NCBI GenBank assembly: GCA_029775915.1
Contig: JARVKA010000003.1
Location: forward strand, 76,997 to 140,996
Source: Nitrososphaeria archaeon
GTDB lineage: Archaea > Thermoproteota > Nitrososphaeria > Nitrososphaerales > JANXEG01
Direction of reading: 5' to 3'
Length of the DNA stretch: 64,000 nucleotides
Part shown: positions 56,142 through 64,000 of the stretch, in pieces
Position numbering within the stretch: position 1 is the first letter of the stretch
Layout of the letters: every line of letters starts with the position of its first letter
Notes under the pieces: generated by a model
Told to the model about the DNA's origin: nothing
Databases searched by the model: none
The model's input: the letters and a program-made list of their open reading frames with translations, nothing else
Position numbers and translations under genes: made by a program

Positions 56142-56726
56142 TTATACACGTGGCTTTGCAATTATCTCACGAATCCTAATATCAAAAATGTTATGCAAAT
56201 GAGCGGGCTTAATCACTATAGCTGTATCAGCCCCTCTACTCGTTCCAGCTACAGAAATAACTTCTTTATCTACTGGAATCGCTCCAGAATCCGCAGCCAT
56301 AATCACAATTTCTACACATACCTTCATTCCTTGACAGAACATTCTTAATGTGTCGGCGATGATATCAGTAGGAACTATTGTTATATATTGGGGATAATTA
56401 CCAAGAGGTTTTGAGGAACGGAAGATCTTACCATAAGAAGTTAAAACCATAGTTTGGGTAATGAGTGAGACGCCCTTCTCCTTAAGCTTAACTTGAGTTT
56501 CAGGTGGTACTAAAATCTTCCCAGGCTGAGCGTATCCGTATTGATGGCATACCGCTACAATTTTAATGGGAGTGTCTTGGAAAACTTCTGCAGCCTTTAA
56601 AGCGGTATCTCCAAAACGAGTAGCAACAACTAAATGCTTTATACCGAGCTCTAAAGCCCTTTGCTTAGCTAAAATTAAAGTCTCAAGAGTATTCTCAGAT
56701 CCGGGTTTTTCAAAATACCTTGTCAT
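56142..56726 (-). CDS. Pyruvate-kinase C-terminal (alpha/beta) domain-like protein, function unknown
   Basis: MTRYFEKPGSENTLETLILAKQRALELGIKHLVVATRFGDTALK... I recognise this as the conserved archaeal stand-alone PK-C-like family, from memory of the pattern only. Confidence 0.5.
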   Translation of the reverse strand: MTRYFEKPGSENTLETLILAKQRALELGIKHLVVATRFGDTALKAAEVFQDTPIKIVAVCHQYGYAQPGKILVPPETQVKLKEKGVSLITQTMVLTSYGKIFRSSKPLGNYPQYITIVPTDIIADTLRMFCQGMKVCVEIVIMAADSGAIPVDKEVISVAGTSRGADTAIVIKPAHLHNIFDIRIREIIAKPRV

Positions 56727-57059
56727 AAAAACTCAGTATTATTATTAAGGATATTATTAATTAAGCTTTTGATAAGGTGATTTATTGTAATTCTAACATA
56801 CAATCACGAGATACTTGTACCATTCTAAGCCTATGGAATTCCTTAATGAATGGTGAAATAACCACTAAATCAATGTCTTTTAAGAAATTTGAATAACTTT
56901 ATCAGCATATTCATCCTAAGGTGATATCCTATAAGAAAAACATAAAGGTAAAAAAACAATAAATATTTATGCGATTTGCAATTGTTCTATTTAATCGAAC
57001 GATCTGTTTTAAATTATAGGATAATAAGTTAGGTTTTGAAATATATAAAATGTGGGAAG

Positions 57060-58874
57060 ATGGTAAAAAAGTTAAGCCTTGTTTTAATGATTATGATGAT
57101 TGTAGCTTTAAGTATTGTGGAAATTTTTAAAATACCATCTTATCCTTCAACAAATCCTTTAAACGATATTGGACTCAAAACCTTCACATCCTATAATGAG
57201 CTTAAAGATTTCATTATAACGAAAATGGATGGGGCTAAAAAAGATGAGTTTAAATTTCAACCATTTATTAATGAGGATATACCCAACAAATTAACTATCG
57301 ATAATTTAAAAGCCCTTAATTCAAAAGTGAGTGAGGAGTTAAGATATTCTAAAACCAATATTCAAGTCACTGGTGTTGATGAAGGTGATATAATTAAGAC
57401 TGATGGCAATTATATTTATACAATCTCAAATGATAAAGTATTCATAGTTAAAGCTTACCCTCCAGAACAAATGCAAATAATTTCAAAAATAAGAGTTGAG
57501 GGTAAACCAATAGCTTTATTCATTAATAAAGATAGAATTTTAACCATTCAATATGGTAGGATTTATTCAATAAATCTTAGTCATCAACATAATTTGAATA
57601 TTAAGATTTATGATTTATCAAATATTAAGAATCCAAATCTAATTAAGGAGTTTTCTTTAAGTGGTAATTATTTGGGCTCGAGAATGATTGGCGATTACAT
57701 TTATATTCTTACAACCCAATCGATTATCAAGCCCTTAATTAAAGATGTTGAGGCTATAATTCCATGGATAGCAGTTAACGGTATTATTAAGAGAATACCT
57801 CCATCAAATATTTACTATTCAAATGAAATCGAAGCACCATTAAGTTACACAATGATAGTAGCGATTAATATATTCAAAGATAGTGAGGAGCTTGATTGCA
57901 AGGTTATTTTGACTGGATATGCAACATCCATTTACGTATCGATGAATAACATTTACGTTACTATACAGAGATGGAAATCACAAGTAACAGAAATTCATAG
58001 AATAGGTATAAATGGTTCAAAAGTCGTGATTGAGGCTAATGGAAAGGTTCCCGGTAGAGTTTTAAATCAATTCTCCATGGATGAGTATAATAATTACTTC
58101 AGAGTTGCTACAACAACGGAAAGATTTGTAAAAGAATTTGGAATTATAAGTTTGAATCACATTTATATTTTAGATAAAAATTTGAGGATAATTGGTAAGC
58201 TTGAAGGCTTAGCGCCTGAAGAAAGGATTTATTCAGCAAGGTTTATACAAGATAGATGCTACCTTGTAACCTTTAGAAATATCGATCCTCTCTTCACTAT
58301 AGATTTAAGTGATCCAAATGAGCCTAAAGTCTTAGGTGAGTTGAAAATTCCGGGTTACTCAGAATATTTGCACCCTTATAGCAAGGGCTATCTCATAGGC
58401 GTTGGTAGAGAGGTAAATGAAGGATTGAATCGCGGGTTGAAAATTTCATTATTTAATGTATCGGACGTTACAAAACCGAGTGAGATTGATAAAATCATTA
58501 TTGGTGATAGATGGAGTGATTCATTAGCCCTTAAAGATCATCATGCATTTCTCTTTGATGAGAAAAGAGGTCTTCTTGTAATCCCTGTTCTCGAAGTTTT
58601 TAAGGAGAAAAAAGATTTGCAATCGATTTATAATAAATATGTTTTCCAAGGAGTTTATATTATTCATATATCTCTAAAAGATGGAATTCGAGTAATGGGT
58701 AAGGTAACTCATGTAGATGATATTAATTTTATTAGAAGTGGGTATATCAATTCTAATTATGAAATTAAGAGAAGTTTATACATAAATAATATCCTTTACA
58801 CAATTTCAAATGAAAAGATTAAAGCTAATGATTTAAGCGATTTGAAGGAGATTGCTAATATTAAATTAAGTTGA
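57060..58874 (+). CDS. Secreted/anchored beta-propeller domain protein (COG4880-like)
   Basis: An N-terminal signal/TM (MVKKLSLVLMIMMIVALSIV), then YSKTNIQVTGVDEGDIIKTDGNYIY and repeated blade-like segments, plus FRNIDPLFTIDLSDPNEPKVLGELKIPGYSEYLHP. Confidence 0.65.
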   Translation: MVKKLSLVLMIMMIVALSIVEIFKIPSYPSTNPLNDIGLKTFTSYNELKDFIITKMDGAKKDEFKFQPFINEDIPNKLTIDNLKALNSKVSEELRYSKTNIQVTGVDEGDIIKTDGNYIYTISNDKVFIVKAYPPEQMQIISKIRVEGKPIALFINKDRILTIQYGRIYSINLSHQHNLNIKIYDLSNIKNPNLIKEFSLSGNYLGSRMIGDYIYILTTQSIIKPLIKDVEAIIPWIAVNGIIKRIPPSNIYYSNEIEAPLSYTMIVAINIFKDSEELDCKVILTGYATSIYVSMNNIYVTIQRWKSQVTEIHRIGINGSKVVIEANGKVPGRVLNQFSMDEYNNYFRVATTTERFVKEFGIISLNHIYILDKNLRIIGKLEGLAPEERIYSARFIQDRCYLVTFRNIDPLFTIDLSDPNEPKVLGELKIPGYSEYLHPYSKGYLIGVGREVNEGLNRGLKISLFNVSDVTKPSEIDKIIIGDRWSDSLALKDHHAFLFDEKRGLLVIPVLEVFKEKKDLQSIYNKYVFQGVYIIHISLKDGIRVMGKVTHVDDINFIRSGYINSNYEIKRSLYINNILYTISNEKIKANDLSDLKEIANIKLS

Positions 58875-58961
58875 TATTTATCCACTATTGGAATAATGTT
58901 GAATTTAGCATTAAATTCTTATCATTAAAGTTATTTTAACGATATCTCAAATTTAAAGATA

Positions 58962-58975
58962 ATATTTTAAAATAA
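58962..58975 (+). promoter_or_regulatory. Candidate TATA box for tRNA-Val
   Basis: ATATTTTAAAATAA is centred about 30 bp upstream of the tRNA 5' end at 58999. This call rests on pattern only. Confidence 0.3.
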
Positions 58976-58998
58976 CCTTTATGTAAAAGATTAAATGC

Positions 58999-59114
58999 GG
59001 GCCGGTCGTCTAGTTAGGACTCTACCCTAGAAATAGGCGTAATCGTCTATCTAGTTTGGTTAGGACGACGCTCTGACGCAGCGTAGGTCCCAGGTTCGAA
59101 TCCTGGCCGGCCCA
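58999..59114 (+). tRNA. tRNA-Val(GAC) with a 41-nt intron in the D arm; CCA not encoded
   Basis: GGGCCGG TC GTCT[41 nt, about 59012-59052]AGTTTGGTTA GGAC G ACGCT CTGACGC AGCGT AGGTC CCAGG TTCGAAT CCTGG CCGGCCC A. All four stems pair after removal of the insert. The intron boundary is ambiguous within a repeated AGTT. Confidence 0.8.
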
Positions 59115-59500
59115 CTGTAACCCTTTAGAATCACTTTGTGAACACAAAGCGTTAACGGAAAGTGATTGGGCTATCGTTGTAAATTTATCCAATTTGTTAA
59201 CAATCCCTTCGAGTATCCTTAAGCATAAACCCTTGTTCTCGGAGTTTATCGCTAAATTCATCGCAGCTCTAGTCTTTCTTGTTCCTGTGACGCCATAGAA
59301 TGCAAATGAAATCCAAAGTATAGGTTAATAGGTAAGATTAGAGGTGAATTTTCTCCTTCGATTTCACCTAGGTAAACCCCATCCTTAATATTAGTTAAAG
59401 GATTTAAAAGAATTCCTACAATTAAAGAAGAATGGCAATAGGAACAGAAAAATCCCTCTAAGCTTATCCTTTCACAATTCATGCATAGAACATAAGCCAT
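59115..59500 (-). pseudogene. Truncated, frameshifted gene fragment (Zn-ribbon N-terminus plus degenerate Walker-A-like segment) ending in the tRNA-Val 3' flank
   Basis: MAYVLCMNCERISLEGFFCSYCH...LPINLYFGFH, then a frame change to AFYGVTGTRKTRAAMNLAINSENKGLCLRILEGIVNKL... The reading frame then simply runs antisense into the tRNA. The HerA/DUF87-like assignment is tentative. Confidence 0.4.
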
Positions 59501-59516
59501 GAGAAAGAAGAGTTTA

Positions 59517-60104
59517 TTAGGGATGATAGAATTGATTCGTATGAAATTTTTCCATAATTTCTTTATTCCAAGATTTGGCTTGAGTTGATTTAGAACTATT
59601 TATCTTAGCATATTTCAAATTAAGAAGCTTCCAGTTTTCGTAAAGATTCTCCTCTGAGCAAACCTTGTATCCTTTTTCTGAAGCTCTATTTCTAAAGAGC
59701 CTATCATCTGTCACTATCAGATCAGGTTTGACTATATCTGCAACGACCAAGGTTAAGGCATCAAAAGCAGATATGCAAACTTCCCTAACCTTATCTATTG
59801 TTTTCTCAACTTCTTCTCTCCCTATAACCATTACATCAACCTTAAGTTCGACCATCCTTCTTCTCAAATCTTCAAAGATTTCCTCTCTAACATCAGGACT
59901 TAAAGAAATTCTCTCCCTATCTACTTTTCCAAATAACTCATTCTCCTTGGCTTTTAAAAGAACTGAAAGAACCTCGGCCATTATGATGCTATGAATTAGA
60001 ATTTTTATCTCTTCTTGCTCAATTAAGCCTAGAAGCCTTTCATAATACTTTAAGCCCCAGATTAACCTTACAAAAATGTTTGTATCAGGGATTATTAGTT
60101 TCAT
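59517..60104 (-). CDS. PIN-domain protein (VapC-like) with a C-terminal extension
   Basis: MKLIIPDTNIFVRL..., ...EVLSVL..., ...DALTLVVADIVKPDLIVTDDRLF give the PIN acidic residues. Confidence 0.7.
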   Translation of the reverse strand: MKLIIPDTNIFVRLIWGLKYYERLLGLIEQEEIKILIHSIIMAEVLSVLLKAKENELFGKVDRERISLSPDVREEIFEDLRRRMVELKVDVMVIGREEVEKTIDKVREVCISAFDALTLVVADIVKPDLIVTDDRLFRNRASEKGYKVCSEENLYENWKLLNLKYAKINSSKSTQAKSWNKEIMEKFHTNQFYHP

Positions 60105-60253
60105 TCTTCCATGCTTTCTCTGATTACCTTTTCAATATAGGGACCTAGCTTCCTCAACCTTTCTCTAGCCTCACCTATCTCCTTCTTACTATACTTAGGG
60201 AACTTCATGATCTTAACTAAAGTATTGTTGATAAGCTTCTCCTCATATTCCAT
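60101..60253 (-). CDS. Small 50-aa ORF, candidate antitoxin of the PIN protein
   Basis: Own translation: MEYEEKLINNTLVKIMKFPKYSKKEIGEARERLRKLGPYIEKVIRESMEE. Its TGA overlaps the PIN ATG (ATGA). It is below the track's size cut-off. Confidence 0.5.
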   Translation of the reverse strand: MEYEEKLINNTLVKIMKFPKYSKKEIGEARERLRKLGPYIEKVIRESMEE

Positions 60254-60302
60254 TTTAACCACAATAAATGTTAGATTAAGAGTTTATAAATAGTTTTGGT
60301 TA

Positions 60303-61449
60303 TTATCGGCAAATTCTAGGATAAACGTTAACACAAAAATCACACATCTTTCTTAAGAATAATGAGCCTTGAATCCATACTTCTCTAGTTTTTATACAAT
60401 TTTGACAAACTATCTTTAAGCATTCATCACATACTCTTGAGCATACTATACAAGTCTTTTTATTACAAACTCTACAATTTCCTTCTAACCCTAATCTTGT
60501 TGAATGGAAACTCTATGAATTTTGCATATGGGATTAAAATTTTAACTGGCTTAAGCTCACTCAAAGCTTTTCTGATATTTTCCTTCTCTTCTTAAACATT
60601 TTTAAAACTTGGATAGCTCTCTTTTCCAGCTTCAAATTCAAGTATGCGCTTTGTTTGATCAATACTTTCATCCGTGGATAAAATCCATACTCTAGTTGAC
60701 ATTTGCTCATCTATTATAGGAGAGCAAGAAGTTGTAACAAAGGCTGGGCAACCCTTAACCTCAATTATTTGGCTTACAACATTTCCTCCACCAACAGATT
60801 GAGCAGTAACTATCTTCAAACCTCTCTCAGAAAATATTGGTCTAACATAAGGCTGAGCCTCATCTAATCGAGCCTCTTCTATTGCTAAAATATGACCAGT
60901 CAAGTCTTTGTCTTTACAAAAATACTCTAATCCATGTGTTGTTGAGCGTGTGAGCCATATCACACATTCCTCTGGAAAATAAGAAAGAACCTTATGCATT
61001 AAGTAGCTCTTTCCTGAACTTGATTCTCCCATTATAAAGCATGCTTGAGCGTATTCAGCACCTAAATCTTTAGATAGAAAAATTAAGAATAGCAAAAGCT
61101 TATTCTCATACTCTCCTACAATCTCTTTATCCATTACCTCCCTAATTTTGCATAGAAGCTTTTCATCCTTCAGAAAAGGATTTACTTTATCCTTAACTTC
61201 ATTTAGCTTGATAGGGTTGGCTTGAATCAGCTTCTCTAATTCCTCAGAATTTTCAAGAAAAATCTCTCCAGTATCAGCTATTTTATAGCATTCTGAGATT
61301 GGATCTTTAAACCAAAGGTTGTTAGCTTCTCCCCATTCAATTAAAGACTTCACATACTGAAGTGGAATGTTAAGCTTGAGCTTCAAGCTCTCAAAATCAT
61401 GCTCAGAATTTTTTAGCAAGTTGAGTATTTTGATTATAGCCTCTTTCAT
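60303..61449 (-). pseudogene. Plasmid/virus-type P-loop NTPase (SF3-helicase-like) with an N-terminal wHTH; interrupted by a stop and a frameshift before a Cys-rich tail
   Basis: Track ORF 60592-61449 has Walker A FIMGESSSGKSYL and Walker B-like HILAIEEA. After TAA (60592-60594) the same frame continues EEKENIRKALSELKPVKILIPYAKFIEFPFNKIRVRRKL. A shifted frame (60306-60512) then gives five CxxC pairs (CRVC, CIVC, CDEC, CQNC, CDFC) with no start codon of its own. Confidence 0.55.
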
Positions 61450-61460
61450 TTAAACTGCCT

Positions 61461-61664
61461 TTAAGAGCCTTCTTGAAGATTCTGCTTAGCATCAGTATTT
61501 GCAAACTTCTTAAATAGCAAGTCTTGAATATTTTTAAGCTCAGTAATAATTTGCTCATTTTGGCTCCAAATAGAGTCAAGCCTCTTGCTTATCCAATAAT
61601 AGCTAGAATATCTTCTGTAAGTCCTTTTTGTTCCATAACTTTTGAATCTTTTGAAATCAGCCAT
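61461..61664 (-). CDS. Hypothetical small protein (element-borne)
   Basis: A 67-aa ORF, basic at the N-terminus and helical, packed between the wHTH and NTPase genes. Confidence 0.35.
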   Translation of the reverse strand: MADFKRFKSYGTKRTYRRYSSYYWISKRLDSIWSQNEQIITELKNIQDLLFKKFANTDAKQNLQEGS

Positions 61665-61673
61665 GCTATCACC

Positions 61674-62077
61674 TTAAGCTAAGGATTCCATAAGCTCATC
61701 ATTGCAGAGTACTTGAGAGAGATTCTTCTTGAAAAGCTCTTTAGATAAACTCTTCAAACTTTTAACAAATTTTCTTATGGCTTTGCTTTCATCATTCAAA
61801 GTATAAACCTTTTTGAAGACTTTTGTGAATCTCATTAGCTTAACTTCGCCTTTAGAATCAACTAAATCATTCTTAGCAAATCCTTTAATCAACTCGCTTT
61901 TAAGGAGTCCTTGTTTTTCAAGTTCGCTTAACTTTCTCCTTACAGCATTATAGCATAACTCTTGGTTAAAGATCCTGTTAAGCTCTCTATGATAGTCTGA
62001 TACGCTTGGCTCTAATCCTCTAAGCTTTGCTCTTAAGGCTAATAGAATTAAGAGCTTATTCTTCTGACTTAAGGCAT
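61674..62077 (-). pseudogene. Winged-HTH (PadR/ArsR-like) protein with a frameshift just after its ATG
   Basis: The long frame reads SDALSQKNKLLILLALRAKLRGLEPSVSDYHRELNRIFNQELCYNAVRRKLSELEKQGLLKSELIKGFAKND... but has no start codon. ATG 62077 (MKRC...) is offset by 1 nt. The track only reports the part from an internal TTG. Confidence 0.5.
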
Positions 62078-62212
62078 CGCTTCATGAAACCACTTAGAAA
62101 GAGAAATTAAAGAGTTTAGAAGTTGTTTACTGGTGAATGAAATTTCCGTTAATATTCGATTAAGCTACTTTGACTAATAAGATTTATTAGGCCTCAGAGT
62201 ATTCTTAGCTAG

Positions 62213-63120
62213 ATGGATAAACTCTATGTTTTAACAGTCGGATATCCTCCAATAGATCCTAAGAGTGATGAAAAATCATTATGTGCCCCCCTCGAAGATG
62301 ACGGATTAGGAAACTTAATACTAAGAGAGCCCATTAATTTCTTTGATTATCATGTTATTATGATTAGGAATACTATTCACTTAATATCTTTTCCTGAAAG
62401 TTTTAATGATATAGGCGAATATGAGGGAATATTGGCTTTAAGTTTTTATCCAATTTCAGTATACCCTTATTACAAGTTAAGGGGCATTTTAACAGTGGAG
62501 AGAAAAGTTAAAATGGAAAAATTTAATATTTTATCCGAGAACTTTTATATACACCATTACAGCAAAGTTTTAGGCTCATATTTAGATTCAAAATTAATGA
62601 AGGGACTAACATTGATTTTGATAAAGAACATTGGTTGGGTAAGATTTTTAGTAAGTATAATGAATGTTTCAAATATAGTGGGTGCTTTTCTCCTAATTCG
62701 GATTTTTCACGATCAATAGCTTTGGAAAAGTCATTAGCATCTTTAGCTGGAAAGCCCTTTAAGAGTCCATTTGAACCCTATGCTTTCACTCCTGGTAAAG
62801 CAACGGTAGGAGCAGTTGTCAAGATCAAAAAGACATTATTAATACTTCATCCAGAACCTTCGTTTAAGAATAAAAATCTTCTTAAGAAATTCATCAGGGA
62901 ATTTTTAGACGCTATAAAAGTTAATTTATTAGGGGTAAAATATCCCCAAATCAGTCAACCACATTGGGTTAGCAAGCTTTATGCAAAAGACGAGGAAAAA
63001 TTGACGAATAAAATCAAGGAACATATGGAGAATTACGAGAGAGAGTTAAAAAGACTTAATCTTCTAAGGGCTCTTCAGTGGAATACTGGAGAAGAACTAG
63101 TGAAAGCAATTTCATCCTGA
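62213..63120 (+). pseudogene. Unknown ~300-aa protein split by a frameshift (two overlapping ORFs), probably also 3'-truncated
   Basis: Track ORFs 62213-62719 and 62635-63120 overlap in different frames. The second lacks a plausible independent start context, and no motif is recognised. Confidence 0.45.
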
Positions 63121-63194
63121 AAAATCTGGAAAAGATGGAATAAAATTTTTGGAAAATTTTTTAGAAATTTTAAAAAGATAAAAAACAAAATCAT

Positions 63195-64000
63195 TTATTC
63201 CTTAAACCAATACATGGTTCTTTTAGCAAAAGCAACAAGAACTAACATAACAGGCACTTCAATAAGAGGTCCAACAACTGTTGCTAATGCTACAGTTGGA
63301 TTGAATGCTGTAATTGCAATAGCAATAGCAATCTCAAAATCCCTTCCTGTTGAATTAAAAGCACATGCAACAGAATCTTTATAATTAAGCCCTACGTTTT
63401 TACTCACTAAATAAACCACAACAAACATAGACCAAAAGAATATTGTCATTGGAATTGCCATTTTAATTATAAAATCAGGGCTTTGTATAATTAAATCACC
63501 TTTCAGAGCAAACATAACAATAAGCGTAAATAATAATCCAATAATTGCCAATAAATTTAAATATTCTCTGAAATTTTCAAATTTTTCTTCTCCCAATTTT
63601 TTAACACCACATCTTCTAGTTAAAAAACCAGCAATGAGAGGTAATCCTAAATAAAGAATAACACTTTCTCCAACCAAAAGGACATCAAAGTTAATATTTC
63701 CTAATAATAATTGAGCATATACTGGAATAAGAAGCATTTGCATAATGGAATTGATAGCAACTAACACAAGTGCTAAGGCATTATTTCCATTAGCAAGAAA
63801 AGTAAAGACAATAACCATAGCAATACATGGAGCAAGCCCATACAAAACAAGTCCTATATACATATCAGAATTAACAGGTAAGAAAATATTTGCAAGAAGC
63901 AACATCCAAAATGGTGCAATGGCAAAATTAAAAAATAAGACAATACTAATTTGTTTACGAGAACTAAATGCTTTACTTAAATCATTTATTCTTATATTAG
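63195..64000 (-). CDS. acr3: ACR3-family arsenite efflux permease (partial; the N-terminus lies beyond the window end)
   Basis: GLVLYGLAPCIAMVIVFT (the conserved ACR3 Cys motif) and about 8 TM segments in view. The frame stays open upstream of the track Met through to position 64000. Confidence 0.8.
   Translation of the reverse strand, partial: NIRINDLSKAFSSRKQISIVLFFNFAIAPFWMLLLANIFLPVNSDMYIGLVLYGLAPCIAMVIVFTFLANGNNALALVLVAINSIMQMLLIPVYAQLLLGNINFDVLLVGESVILYLGLPLIAGFLTRRCGVKKLGEEKFENFREYLNLLAIIGLLFTLIVMFALKGDLIIQSPDFIIKMAIPMTIFFWSMFVVVYLVSKNVGLNYKDSVACAFNSTGRDFEIAIAIAITAFNPTVALATVVGPLIEVPVMLVLVAFAKRTMYWFKE

Noticed and set aside
59134-59149. Perfect hairpin CTTTGTG-AA-CACAAAG 20 nt downstream of tRNA-Val, considered as a terminator or att core
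   Set aside because: Archaeal terminators are oligo-T tracts rather than hairpins. The sequence lies inside the gene fragment and no second copy was found, so no function can be assigned.
59022-59261. 79-aa minus-strand ORF treated as an independent gene, or as an SSV-type int(N) fragment
   Set aside because: Its C-terminal half (WAGQDSNLGPTLRQSVVLT...) is the antisense of tRNA-Val. The upstream part belongs to the frameshifted fragment at 59115-59500. I saw no tyrosine-recombinase motif, so an integrase call is not supportable.

Overview
AT-rich archaeal chromosomal segment. Three signals point to a TACK/Thermoprotei-like lineage: a Sulfolobus-type zinc ferredoxin, two tRNAs with introns at non-canonical positions, and archaeal r-protein/RpoN/enolase and mevalonate-pathway clusters. 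Most of the window is tightly packed core metabolism. It holds a GlcD/GlcF-like oxidase, S13-S4-S11, PAC2 paralogs, rpoN-eno-rps2, MEMO-mvk-ipk-fni-GGPPS, gltX, moaBC, glnA, thrC, mptA/mptD, acs, adenine deaminase and a PotABCD-like ABC transporter. Accessory or unusual content is as follows. (1) A 733-bp IS6-family element has an intact 8-bp target duplication but a dead transposase. (2) A MITE-like 136-bp element lies upstream of glnA. (3) A SucC-like/ferredoxin-like/SucD-like/CitE-like operon may be a dicarboxylate thiokinase plus acyl-CoA lyase. (4) Two tandem stand-alone RAM-domain proteins sit directly behind glnA. (5) Both GMP synthase subunit genes carry homopolymer frameshifts, and an M20 deacylase gene is also frameshifted. 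(6) Toxin-antitoxin pairs are present: VapBC, HEPN-MNT, and a PIN protein with a small upstream ORF. (7) A roughly 4-kb decayed integrated-element remnant lies between an intron-containing tRNA-Val and acr3. No CRISPR array or rRNA was seen. I could not identify a clearly novel multi-gene defence system. The SucCD-like/Fd/CitE operon, the glnA-RAM pair and the tRNA-Val-linked remnant are the best leads.
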